In this document: piece after piece, positions 5,835-15,339 of the stretch | Numbering within the stretch: the first letter of the stretch is position 1 | Layout of the letters: each line of letters opens with the position of its first letter | Source of the DNA: a virus | Taxonomy: Duplodnaviria > Caudoviricetes | DNA: 30,804 bases | Direction: 5' to 3' (one strand) | Virus record (IMG/VR): IMGVR_UViG_3300010376_000100 | Location: 1-30,804 of that record | Position numbers and translations under genes: made by a program | Notes under the pieces: model-generated | What the model saw: the letters and a program-made list of their open reading frames with translations, nothing else | Database searches by the model: none | What the model was told of the DNA's origin: nothing

Positions 5835-7458
5835 TGATGTAAAAATTCTTATTGGAATTCCAACACAAGAATTCGCCCGTGCCGCAATTTTTTATGACTA
5901 TATCGACTCTTTAATTAAGCCAGGTTTAACTTGGATTACTCGTGTACATGGACAGTCACCTGCATCCAACAGAAATACAATTATCAAGCAGGCGCTTGAG
6001 CGTGACGTTGAGTATGTATTTTTTGTGGATGATGATTGTCTATTACCTCCTGATACCTTAATTAAGCTATTAAATCACGATAAGGATATGGTCACTGGAT
6101 TATATCCGATGCGTAATTTTCCGCATAGACCAATTATCTTCGATCAGGCATTAGATGATGGTCGTTGTATTTGGCATGAATTGGAAGATAATGAAGGTGG
6201 TTTAGTTCCAGTAGAAGCTGCCGGTGCTGGATGTCTTCTTGTTAAACGTCATGTCCTAGAAAAGGTTGCAGAAGCATATCGGCATCCATTTACACTTGGA
6301 GAGTTAGAGCCAGATCAATGGTGCGATGATCTTTCATTCTTTAAACATACGAGGTCACTTGGATTTAAACTTTATTGTGATCTTTCAGCACCAGTAGGAC
6401 ATATCGCTAAGGTTACAGTGTGGCCCAATAAGATTAATAATCAATGGGCAATTACATATGATAGTGCAGGATCTGATGTTGTAAATGTAAGAATGCTTAG
6501 ACCGAATCAGCCAACAAATTCTAAACTTCCAAGAATGAAAGCTCCGGGAGATATAAGACCCACATGGAGGAATGGCATTATTCAAGTTCATGTAACTAGA
6601 GCTTGTGATTTATCATGTACTGGATGCACACAAGGAAGCAATCTAGCAGGCAAGCCAGTAATGATGTCGCTGGAGAATTTTGAGGCTGCTGTTAAGTCTT
6701 TAAGGGATTATTATGGGGTCGTTGGTATCTTTGGTGGTAATCCAACTCTGCATCCTCAGTTTGATAAACTCTGTGAAATTTTTGAGGACCATATACCATT
6801 TGAGCGCCGTGGTCTCTGGAGTAATAATCTTAATGGCTATGGTGATCTTATTCGTAGGGTCTTTAATCCACGTGTTAGTAACATCAACGTACACGGAGAG
6901 GTTAAAGCATTAAATGAAGTTAGAAATTTCTGGCCTGAAGTTCTAGATGATTACGGTCGGAATTTTAAAGGCATGGAACAGAGCCGTCACAGTCCTCCTT
7001 TCGTGGCAATGAAAGATATGAAGAATTTGTCTGAAGAGGATATGTGGAAGCTTATTGGTTCATGTGATATTAATAAATACTGGTCAGCAATGGTTTGTCA
7101 GTTTAGAGGAGAGTTAAGAGGATTCTTCTGCGAACTAGCTGGCGCGCAATCAATGTTACATGAACATGAAGAGGATTATCCAGATACAGGAATTAAGATT
7201 GAGGATGGATGGTGGAATCTCCCAATCACAAAGTTTGAACATCAAATTGAGAAGCATTGTCCTGAATGTGGAATTCCTCTTCGGGGCAAGGGTGATTTAG
7301 ATAACGGCTCAACAGAGTATGTTTCAGTCTCTCACTTACCAGTTTATAAGCTAAAGAAGGCTGCAGGAAAGACTCTTAAGCTTATTAATTATACGAATGA
7401 ACTAGATGGTAATGTCCAAACTGTTACAGAATATGTGAGCAATGGGCAACTCGTCTAA
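5824..7458 (+). CDS. Fusion of a family-2 (GT-A) glycosyltransferase and a radical SAM domain
   Basis: N-half: ILIGIP, RNTII, FFVDDD (DxD), AGAGCLL, DDLSF, VGH. C-half: VTRACDLSCTGC (CxxxCxxC, 6604-6627), GIFGGNPTLHP, further Cys (CDIN, MVCQ, FFCE, HCPECG). Confidence 0.9.
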   Translation: MNLDDVKILIGIPTQEFARAAIFYDYIDSLIKPGLTWITRVHGQSPASNRNTIIKQALERDVEYVFFVDDDCLLPPDTLIKLLNHDKDMVTGLYPMRNFPHRPIIFDQALDDGRCIWHELEDNEGGLVPVEAAGAGCLLVKRHVLEKVAEAYRHPFTLGELEPDQWCDDLSFFKHTRSLGFKLYCDLSAPVGHIAKVTVWPNKINNQWAITYDSAGSDVVNVRMLRPNQPTNSKLPRMKAPGDIRPTWRNGIIQVHVTRACDLSCTGCTQGSNLAGKPVMMSLENFEAAVKSLRDYYGVVGIFGGNPTLHPQFDKLCEIFEDHIPFERRGLWSNNLNGYGDLIRRVFNPRVSNINVHGEVKALNEVRNFWPEVLDDYGRNFKGMEQSRHSPPFVAMKDMKNLSEEDMWKLIGSCDINKYWSAMVCQFRGELRGFFCELAGAQSMLHEHEEDYPDTGIKIEDGWWNLPITKFEHQIEKHCPECGIPLRGKGDLDNGSTEYVSVSHLPVYKLKKAAGKTLKLINYTNELDGNVQTVTEYVSNGQLV

Positions 7459-7612
7459 AAAGGCTATTAAAGAATTACAGCGGCTAGCTGAAAAGAGATG
7501 GCCTAAACAGGCTATAGTTATATTACCTTATAAGGAATATATGGAAATGTCCTTTAAAGCTGGCCGCTGTGATCGCCTTTTGAAGTTGATTAATAAATTA
7601 CTTGATAGCTAA
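7442..7612 (+). CDS. Small basic hypothetical protein (56 aa)
   Basis: Hand translation MGNSSKKAIKELQRLAEKRWPKQ...; TAATG overlap with the terminase start. Confidence 0.5.
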   Translation: MGNSSKKAIKELQRLAEKRWPKQAIVILPYKEYMEMSFKAGRCDRLLKLINKLLDS

Positions 7613-9213
7613 TGCCAATTACTGAATGGAAACCGACGCCTAAACAAGAGGAATTCCTCGCATTACCATTAACGGTAAAAGAGGGATTCTATGCAGGCGC
7701 GGTTATGGCTGGTAAGTCTGACGTATTAATGATGTATCCCGTCTGTAGGGGTTGGTTAGATATCCCTCAGTTTAAAGGATTATTTTTACGCCGGACAATG
7801 CCGGAGTTAAGAAATGAAATCATCCCTCGTTCTAGAGAATATTATACAGCACTTGGCGGAAAATTCAACAAACAAGATTCTGTTTGGGAATTCCCCTCAG
7901 GAGCACTCATCTTCTTTGGTCATTGTGAACACGAAGACGATGTTCATAAGTACGATACCGCTCAGTGGAATTATGTTGCATTTGATGAATTAACATCATT
8001 TACTGAATGGCAATATATTTATATTACTGTTGAACGTACTCGTGTTCCTAAGAATTTGGCTCATCTTGGATTACCTGCAATTGTTCGTTCAGCAAGTAAC
8101 CCAGGAAACGTAGGACATAATTGGGTTAAGAAGAGATTTATTGATCCGGAGCCAAAAGGTAAGAAAATTATCGTTGGTCGAGGAGAATTAAAAAGAATCT
8201 TCATTCCGGCTACGATTGATGATAATCCATATGCTGATGAAGCATATAAGAAAGGTTTAGAAGGATTACCTGAAGCTGAAAGAAAAGCTAAGAAGTATGG
8301 GGACTGGTCAGCTTATGAAGGACAAGTCTTTAGTGAGTTTAGAGAAAGACATTTTCCTTCTGAACCAGAAAATGCACTTCATGTAGTAGATAGCTTTCAG
8401 ATTCCTGATTGGTGGCCTAAGATTGTTGCAATTGATTGGGGATATAATCCTCCAGCAATGACATATGTTTCATATGCAGCAATTAGTCCATCGTCAAGAG
8501 TTTATTTCTATAGAGAGCAGCATTGGCAGAAGACTAAGATTTCTGAATGGGCTCCATACGTTAGAGAGTATATTGATAAAGAACAACCTAGAATTGTTAA
8601 GCTTTGTCAGTCAGCGGCTCAAGAGCGCGGGCAGGAACATACGATTCACCAACAAATTGAAGAAGAGTTACAGAGAACTATTGAACTCTCAGGTAATAGA
8701 GCTAATTCAAGAATTGCAGGTAAAGCATTAATTCATGAATATCTTAGATGGAATCAGGTTTATATTCCAGAAAAAGATAAGCCTGTTTACAGCGATGAGA
8801 AGGCACAGTGGTTATTACGGAATAAGGGTATTAATGATTATAACGATTATCTATCATTATTTGCAGCGGAAAAGATTGAAGAGAACCTACCAAAATTACA
8901 AATCTTTGGAAAGGAATGTCCTCTCTTAATTAATGTTATTAAGGCTGCATCTCATGATAAGAATAACGTTGAGGATGTTGCAGAGTTTGCAGGCGATGAT
9001 CCTTATGATACGCTTCGTTATCAGTTAGATTCAGCAGATACTTATTTTAACGAAGCAACAAACGAATTTAGTAAAATTCAGAAGCAAGAGAAGTTAGTTA
9101 AGCAGCTAGAAGCTGATAGAGACTGGACGACATATTATCGTAATGCTCGTAGGTTAGAATCTGAGCAAACTATACATCCAGTCATGAGATTTCATCGGAG
9201 ACGTTATGTTTAG
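7612..9213 (+). CDS. terL: Terminase large subunit
   Basis: PTPKQ adenine-binding motif, Walker A-like YAGAVMAGKS, LFLRRT, Walker B YVAFDELT, ASNPG coupling motif, nuclease AIDWGY and DDPYDTLRY. Confidence 0.95.
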   Translation: MPITEWKPTPKQEEFLALPLTVKEGFYAGAVMAGKSDVLMMYPVCRGWLDIPQFKGLFLRRTMPELRNEIIPRSREYYTALGGKFNKQDSVWEFPSGALIFFGHCEHEDDVHKYDTAQWNYVAFDELTSFTEWQYIYITVERTRVPKNLAHLGLPAIVRSASNPGNVGHNWVKKRFIDPEPKGKKIIVGRGELKRIFIPATIDDNPYADEAYKKGLEGLPEAERKAKKYGDWSAYEGQVFSEFRERHFPSEPENALHVVDSFQIPDWWPKIVAIDWGYNPPAMTYVSYAAISPSSRVYFYREQHWQKTKISEWAPYVREYIDKEQPRIVKLCQSAAQERGQEHTIHQQIEEELQRTIELSGNRANSRIAGKALIHEYLRWNQVYIPEKDKPVYSDEKAQWLLRNKGINDYNDYLSLFAAEKIEENLPKLQIFGKECPLLINVIKAASHDKNNVEDVAEFAGDDPYDTLRYQLDSADTYFNEATNEFSKIQKQEKLVKQLEADRDWTTYYRNARRLESEQTIHPVMRFHRRRYV

Positions 9214-9601
9214 ATGGCTTCATCACTTATTTGATCCTCATTGTCCTGATTGTCATCACGATCGAGTTGAAAAGAATTCATGTAAATCTTGTGAGACACT
9301 TCGATCTCTTTTAGAGCAAGCTAATTATGAGAAAGGTCAGTTGCTTAAAACTTTACTTGAATTAAGCAATCCTAAAGTTGAGCCTGTTGAATATAAGCCG
9401 CAGGAGATGAAGCCGGCAGCCCGTTCTAACTATATGCCTTTCCGGATTCAGAGGGAAATGCTTGAGCGTGAAGATAGAGAAGCAGCAAGGATTCGTAAGG
9501 CTCATAAAGAGACACCGGCAGAAGCAATTGCAGCTTTAGAAAAAGAATTGGAGATTCCAGATGCCGTGGGACCAAGTAATGCACAAGTTCAAACATGGTG
9601 A
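9206..9601 (+). CDS. Hypothetical protein with Cys/His-rich N-terminus and coiled coil
   Basis: HHLFDPHCPDC, CKSC; overlaps terL. Confidence 0.7.
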   Translation: MFRWLHHLFDPHCPDCHHDRVEKNSCKSCETLRSLLEQANYEKGQLLKTLLELSNPKVEPVEYKPQEMKPAARSNYMPFRIQREMLEREDREAARIRKAHKETPAEAIAALEKELEIPDAVGPSNAQVQTW

Positions 9602-9845
9602 ACTTCGTTCAGGTTCTAAATCAGGTCCACAAGTTAAGAATAGAAAGCAGGCAATTGCAATTATGATGAGTGAGAAAAGAAATGCTGGATCAAATCCAGA
9701 GTATCAATCAAAAGCTCCTAAGAGCATGATGCCATCAGATAATCTAGGTAATATTAAAACTCCTGGTATTGGAAAGCTGAAGAAGACTAGAAAATTAAGA
9801 ATGCTCCGTCCCAAACTCCCAATGTTTCATGGCGAAGTGAAGTAG
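9561..9845 (+). CDS. DUF6496-like small basic protein
   Basis: VMHKFKHGELRSGS...VKNRKQAIAIMMSE signature; GGAG RBS. Confidence 0.75.
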   Translation: MPWDQVMHKFKHGELRSGSKSGPQVKNRKQAIAIMMSEKRNAGSNPEYQSKAPKSMMPSDNLGNIKTPGIGKLKKTRKLRMLRPKLPMFHGEVK

Positions 9846-12191
9846 ATGCCTGAGAATCAGCACGACGAACGAACACAGCGGCTCCTTAAAGAAGTAGTTG
9901 AATACTTCTCTAAAGAGGATAGTGCTGTTCGAGAGCGTCAAATTAGACATTGCAAGAAGCTAAAATATTTCTGGGATAACTTTACTAATCTATGGTGGTC
10001 TGAAGTCGCACATGATTGGAGAGTCTGGGATCGTTCTATTTATGATAATTCTGCGAATGCTACTTCTGATGCTGCTTATTATGATAAGCCAATCAATGTT
10101 TTTCGCGCTTATCTTGAGAGCATTATCGCAGCATTATCTGTATCTATTCCCGGCATTGTTTGTTATCCTGACGATGCTGATAACAAGCTTGACATCCAAA
10201 CGGCTAAAGCAGGTAACAAAATTTGGGCACTAGCTGATAAACATAATGATTTCATGCTGCAATGGATTCATGCTCTATTTATCTATTGCACAGAAGGTCC
10301 AGTATTTGCATATAATTATACTCGTGAAGATGAGAAGTATGGTACCTATAAGGTTCAGGAAACAGAGGATGAAGAGCAAGAACAGACGCAGAAAGTTTGT
10401 CCTCTTTGTGGAATGAATCTTGGAGATCATGATCTTACTGAACGAGAAAAGTATGAATATGGAAAGGACGATGATGATGTTGAGGTTGATGATATTCTAA
10501 ATGAGGGTGAGGAGATTTGTCCTCAGTGTCTAATGCAAGTTGATCCTGAATTTAAAACTACAAAGATGATTGTAACGAAAATTACTGGTGAAACAGAAAA
10601 AGCAAAATCTCGTGAGTGCCTTGAAGTTTATGGGCAATTATATGTAAAAACTCCGACTTACGCTTTACGACCATCAGAGATGCCTTATTTGCATTTCTGT
10701 TATGAAACACATTATTCTAATGTGCTAGATCGTTATCCCCATTTAAAGAAGTCTTTTGGTCAAACGAATGGACCGGGAAATTATGCCAGTAACGAAACCT
10801 ACGAAAGATGGGGTCGTCTTTCTACTCAGTATATTGGTGGTACTTATCCTATTGATACGCCTACTGTACGTAATTGCTGGCAACGTCCTTCCTCATTTGA
10901 AGTTTTAGCTGATGAAGAAGATGTTAAGCATCTTAGAAGTAAATTCCCTGATGGTGTAAAAGTCGTTTTAGTTAATGATGAATTCGCAGAAGCTTGTAAT
11001 GAATGTCTGGATGATTGCTGGACAGTTACTCGTAATCCTTTGTCTGATTATGTCCAGTTTGATCCATTAGGAATGTTGCTGACTTCGATTCAGGAAATTA
11101 CGAATGAGTTAGTTAGTTTAACTCTACAGACAATCGAGCACGGAATTCCACAGACATTTGCAGATGAGAAGGTTCTTAATTTCGAGCAGTATCGTAATAC
11201 TGAAGTAATGCCGGGTGCAGTCTATCCAGCTAAGAAACCAACCGGAGGTGCTCTAGGAGATGGATTCTTTAGTGAGAAAACTGCAACATTAGGTGCTGAA
11301 GTATTACCATTCGGTCAAAAGATTCAAGAGATGGGTCAGCTAGTTTCTGGTGCTTTGCCATCTCTATTCGGAGGAGCCGCACCCAATTCATCTAAAACGG
11401 CTGCTCAATATGCAATGTCAAGAGCACAGGCATTACAGAGATTGCAGACACCGTGGAAGATGTTAACTATTTGGTGGAAGGAAATTGCGGCTAAGGTTAT
11501 TCCAGCTCAGATTAAAGAGATCGCAGAAGATGAGCGATACGTTGAAAAAGATGAGCAGGGAAACTTTCAAAATGTATTTATTCGTATTGCTGAACTCTCA
11601 GGGAAGATTGGTTCTGTTGAATTAGAAGCCAGCGAAGAATTACCTATGTCATGGAGTCAGAAGAAGGATGTTATTATGAATCTTCTTCAGGCTCAGAACC
11701 CAGAGATTATGTCTGCATTAATGGATCCGCAGAATATTCCTCTTTTAGCTTCTGCTATTGGGTTGGATGACTTTGAAATTCCGGGTAATGATGATAGAAC
11801 CAAACAATATGAAGAAATTCAGCTATTGTTAGATAGCCAGCCGATTCCTGATATTCAGGCAATGCAACAAAACCCAATGATGCCTGCTACTCAGCCAGCA
11901 TTGGCACCATCTGTAGATGTTGATCCTCTTGTTGATAATCATGGAATTGAAGCTGATATTTGTCGTCGTTGGGCAGTATCTGATGCTGGACGTTTAGCAA
12001 AGATTGAAAATCCGGCTGGTTATCAAAATGTTCTTTTACATATGAAACGTCATTTAGATTTACAAATGGCACAACAAAATCCTCAACCTCCCCAACAGCC
12101 TCAAGGAGGACCACAGCCAAATAAACCGGTGATGGCACCACCAAATGCAGGAAAGAATGAAAATGGAAACGAACAGCCCACAATCCAGTGA
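9846..12191 (+). CDS. Portal protein (P22-like, long) with inserted zinc ribbon and Gln/Pro-rich tail
   Basis: 781 aa between terL and scaffold; INVFRAYLESIIAALS, PSLFGG...KTAA patterns; QP-rich C-terminus. Confidence 0.85.
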   Translation: MPENQHDERTQRLLKEVVEYFSKEDSAVRERQIRHCKKLKYFWDNFTNLWWSEVAHDWRVWDRSIYDNSANATSDAAYYDKPINVFRAYLESIIAALSVSIPGIVCYPDDADNKLDIQTAKAGNKIWALADKHNDFMLQWIHALFIYCTEGPVFAYNYTREDEKYGTYKVQETEDEEQEQTQKVCPLCGMNLGDHDLTEREKYEYGKDDDDVEVDDILNEGEEICPQCLMQVDPEFKTTKMIVTKITGETEKAKSRECLEVYGQLYVKTPTYALRPSEMPYLHFCYETHYSNVLDRYPHLKKSFGQTNGPGNYASNETYERWGRLSTQYIGGTYPIDTPTVRNCWQRPSSFEVLADEEDVKHLRSKFPDGVKVVLVNDEFAEACNECLDDCWTVTRNPLSDYVQFDPLGMLLTSIQEITNELVSLTLQTIEHGIPQTFADEKVLNFEQYRNTEVMPGAVYPAKKPTGGALGDGFFSEKTATLGAEVLPFGQKIQEMGQLVSGALPSLFGGAAPNSSKTAAQYAMSRAQALQRLQTPWKMLTIWWKEIAAKVIPAQIKEIAEDERYVEKDEQGNFQNVFIRIAELSGKIGSVELEASEELPMSWSQKKDVIMNLLQAQNPEIMSALMDPQNIPLLASAIGLDDFEIPGNDDRTKQYEEIQLLLDSQPIPDIQAMQQNPMMPATQPALAPSVDVDPLVDNHGIEADICRRWAVSDAGRLAKIENPAGYQNVLLHMKRHLDLQMAQQNPQPPQQPQGGPQPNKPVMAPPNAGKNENGNEQPTIQ

Positions 12192-13377
12192 AGGTCTTAG
12201 TGTTGATGGAATTCTTGATATTCTAAATGATGAAGGTGAGGCTACGCCTCAAGATGGAAAAGAAACTAAATCTGAAGATCTACTGGAAGGAAAGGCCAAT
12301 GAAAAGGAATCGAAGGAAGATGAATCTGAAGAGGACGGTTCTGAAGAAGAATTAGAACTCTCTGAGGAAGAGCCAACTGATGAAGATTTGAATGAGGAAC
12401 CAATTTCAATTCCTCATCGTAAAGAAATTCTTAAGGCATTTCCAGATTTATTTAAGAAATTTCCTCAGCTAGAAAAAGCTTATTATCGTGAGCAGAAATA
12501 CGCTGAAATTCTACCGACTATTGAGGATGCGAGAGAGGCGAAGGAGACGGCGGATACATTCAGCCGCTTTGAGGCGGATTTATTTGGTGGCTCTCCTGAA
12601 TCAGTGCTTCGCTCGGTTAAAGATGCCGATCCAGATTCCTTTGGTAGAATTGTTGATAACTTATTACCTTCCCTACAAAAAGTAGATTCACAAGCGTATT
12701 TTCATGTAATTGGTAATATTATTAAAGCATCAGTAGCAGAAGTATTTAAAGAGGGAAGTAGGCTTGAGCGCGATGATGTCAAGAATGCGGCTGTCATTCT
12801 TAATCAAGTTCTCTTAGGTAATTCTCAATTTACACCACCAGCCGCATTTGGTAAGGCCCAGCAGGCTAATCCTGAAGGTGATAAACTTCAGAGTGAGCGT
12901 CAAGCATTTAGGCAAGAACAATTTAATGCAGCATCGGATGAATTAGGTACTTCTGTTAGGAATTCTATTATTTCTACTATTGATAAATATATTGATCCTA
13001 AAAGTCAGATGAGTGGCTATGTGAAAAAGAATGCTATTCGAGAAGCATTTGATCACGTAGATAATCTTCTTCAGCAAGATACTCGATTTCGACAAGTGAT
13101 GACTCGTCTTTGGGAACAGGCAGGCGAAGCCAATTATTCTCGCACAGCCAAAGACAGAATTCGCTCTACATATTTATCTAAGGCTAAGACAGTTCTAAGA
13201 GATGCAATTAATAAAGCAAGACAAGAAGCCCTTAAAGATTCAGGCAATAAACGTGAATCTAATGAAAGGCCCAGGTTAGGTAGGCTACCAGTCGGGAAAG
13301 CCGCATCCCCTAATAGCGGAAAGAAAGAGCCTCCTAAGGGAATTAGTGTTAAAGATTACATCATGGCAGATGACTAA
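12163..13377 (+). CDS. Capsid scaffolding protein (start may be 12145, 12157 or 12163)
   Basis: Very acidic disordered N-terminus, helical body, basic tail; directly upstream of the capsid gene. Confidence 0.75.
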   Translation: METNSPQSSEGLSVDGILDILNDEGEATPQDGKETKSEDLLEGKANEKESKEDESEEDGSEEELELSEEEPTDEDLNEEPISIPHRKEILKAFPDLFKKFPQLEKAYYREQKYAEILPTIEDAREAKETADTFSRFEADLFGGSPESVLRSVKDADPDSFGRIVDNLLPSLQKVDSQAYFHVIGNIIKASVAEVFKEGSRLERDDVKNAAVILNQVLLGNSQFTPPAAFGKAQQANPEGDKLQSERQAFRQEQFNAASDELGTSVRNSIISTIDKYIDPKSQMSGYVKKNAIREAFDHVDNLLQQDTRFRQVMTRLWEQAGEANYSRTAKDRIRSTYLSKAKTVLRDAINKARQEALKDSGNKRESNERPRLGRLPVGKAASPNSGKKEPPKGISVKDYIMADD

Positions 13378-13396
13378 TTAACTTAGAGGATTAAAA

Positions 13397-14644
13397 ATGG
13401 CACAGGTAGAATCACAGGTTACAGCCTTAGAACTTGAAAAGGTTGTACCACGAGTTCAGACGGCTTTTGATTTTGACGATAAATTCTTTGCTAGTATTAA
13501 GAAGCGTAATGTCGAAGTAGTTAGCAATCGACAGATGCGTGTTCCGATTGAATTACGTCCTGGAGGTTCATTCCAGTATTTCAATCCGGATGGTGGTGAT
13601 TTAGGTCGTGGAGGTGGGGAGACCTTTGATAAGGCAGTTCTTCAGCCTGTCTTCATGAGTGAGAATATTGAATATACAAAGTTAAGTCAGTGGGCAACTG
13701 ATAATGATCGTAAAGCGGTCATGAATTCAGTTCGTAAGGCAGTTGCTCGTGCTACTGATGAAATTCGGCGGCAGTTAGATTCTCAGTCAATGCAGTCTGG
13801 TAATGGTGTTATTGGAACCATTACTTCAGTTAGCACAACGGCTGGTGTTGATACTTATACTTGTACTACTGATGGATTCGGTGTTCGTTTAATGCGTTAC
13901 GGCCAGACGGTGCAGGTTTATGATACTACGCTTGCAACACTTCGCGGATCTGGTGTCATTACTCTTTGGGATGTTGAAAATAAGCAGGTTTCTGTTACTC
14001 CTGCAATTGCTGGTTCGACTGGAACTGACGTTTTGGTCACTGCGGGTATTAGTTCACCTAGTTCGTTACCTGGATTATTTGGTGTTCCATATCACCACTC
14101 TAATGCATCGACTGGAACGTGGCTTGGATTCTCTCGGGCGAGCACTCCAGAAATTCGTGCAAATCGAGTTAATGCTAACAGCTCGGCGTTAACACTTCCA
14201 TTGCCTCGTTTAGCTATCAATAAGATTGGTAATCGTATTGGTATTGATGAACATTTCAAGCCAGTCGCTTGGTGCCATCCAGCACAGAAAGCGGCTTATG
14301 AGCAGATTGGTCAGTTAGTGTCAATCATTCATAAGCAGAATAAAGAAGAAGGCTTGGATATGTATTTTGATTCGATGCAAATGGCTGGCGCTCCAGTCAG
14401 GACATCATTCAATTGGGATAAGACTCGTATCGATTTCGTTGTTGAGGATTTGTGGGGTAGGGGAGAAATTCTTCCGATTGGTTTCTATAAGACTGACGGA
14501 AGAAATATCTTCGAAATTCGTGGTGCATCTGGTGGCCTTGCTGCGGCTGATATTTTCTACATGGTCATTGGAATGCAGTTCTTTGTTTCCAATCCTGCTG
14601 GTTGTGCATATATTGATACCTTACAGGTACCTACTGGATACTGA
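13397..14644 (+). CDS. Major capsid protein (HK97 fold)
   Basis: 415 aa, AGAGGA RBS, position after scaffold; RQLDSQSMQSGNGVIG spine-helix pattern, C-terminal NPAGCAYIDTL. Confidence 0.85.
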   Translation: MAQVESQVTALELEKVVPRVQTAFDFDDKFFASIKKRNVEVVSNRQMRVPIELRPGGSFQYFNPDGGDLGRGGGETFDKAVLQPVFMSENIEYTKLSQWATDNDRKAVMNSVRKAVARATDEIRRQLDSQSMQSGNGVIGTITSVSTTAGVDTYTCTTDGFGVRLMRYGQTVQVYDTTLATLRGSGVITLWDVENKQVSVTPAIAGSTGTDVLVTAGISSPSSLPGLFGVPYHHSNASTGTWLGFSRASTPEIRANRVNANSSALTLPLPRLAINKIGNRIGIDEHFKPVAWCHPAQKAAYEQIGQLVSIIHKQNKEEGLDMYFDSMQMAGAPVRTSFNWDKTRIDFVVEDLWGRGEILPIGFYKTDGRNIFEIRGASGGLAAADIFYMVIGMQFFVSNPAGCAYIDTLQVPTGY

Positions 14645-14655
14645 GGAGGTATTGA

Positions 14656-14976
14656 GTGCCATTCAATAGTGCATTAGGAAGTCGAGGTAATTTTGATCCT
14701 GCTAATATGGTTCTTAGCGGGATTCCAGCTATTGCTGCGTCAACTACAATTGCGCCGCAAAGCTTAATTACTCGATTAACTGGAACAACGAACGTTGCCA
14801 CAATTACTCCACCCGATCCGTATTTTTATGGTCCCTTGTATTTGTTGTCTACAGATGCAAGCCCATTTGCTACGGTAACAACTGGAAACATTCAGCTAGC
14901 TACTACTGTTGTTCGTTATAAAGTATTAGCTCTGATGTATGATCCCTCGACATCAAAATGGTATCCGAGCTACTAG
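14656..14976 (+). CDS. Putative capsid decoration/minor head protein, paralog 1
   Basis: GAGG RBS, Thr-rich, ends YDPSTSKWYPSY. Confidence 0.6.
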   Translation: MPFNSALGSRGNFDPANMVLSGIPAIAASTTIAPQSLITRLTGTTNVATITPPDPYFYGPLYLLSTDASPFATVTTGNIQLATTVVRYKVLALMYDPSTSKWYPSY

Positions 14977-14985
14977 GAGAAATAG

Positions 14986-15291
14986 ATGAGTGATCTGTTA
15001 TCAGCAAATTTCGACAATGTGCAGAGTAACCAGAATCCATTTCCGGCTACTATTGCATCATCGACGACAATTGCTCCAAGCACATACATTACTTTCTTAA
15101 CTGGTTCAACTGCAGTTGCTACAATTACACCTCCTGTTACTGGAAGTGTTACATTAGTTCTCGTAGCAACTGTTACGACAGTTACGACGGTAACTACTGG
15201 TAATATTGCATTAGCAAGTACTTTAGTTGCCAATAAGGCATTGCTAATGACGTATGATCCTGTCTCTACGAAGTGGTACCCATCCTATTAA
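14986..15291 (+). CDS. Putative capsid decoration/minor head protein, paralog 2
   Basis: AGGAG RBS, Thr-rich, ends YDPVSTKWYPSY. Confidence 0.6.
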   Translation: MSDLLSANFDNVQSNQNPFPATIASSTTIAPSTYITFLTGSTAVATITPPVTGSVTLVLVATVTTVTTVTTGNIALASTLVANKALLMTYDPVSTKWYPSY

Positions 15292-15339
15292 AGGAGGTTG
15301 CGGCTGGTTCTATTAACTTAGGGCCAGCCGCAAAATTGA
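15291..15339 (+). promoter_or_regulatory. AAGGAGG followed by a 15-bp stem-loop (15298-15333), then 6 nt to the ATG at 15340
   Basis: TTGCGGCTGGTTCTA-TTAACT-TAGGGCCAGCCGCAA, two G-U pairs, no U-tract. Confidence 0.75.

Noticed and set aside
5568-6981. 1.4-kb gap in CGGCT/AGCCG sites over the GT2 domain as a sign of recent acquisition
   Set aside because: With ~97 sites at ~320-bp mean spacing, a longest gap near 1.4-1.5 kb is expected by chance
15298-15333. Hairpin as an intrinsic terminator
   Set aside because: No U-tract follows it on either strand; treated as a translation or processing element instead
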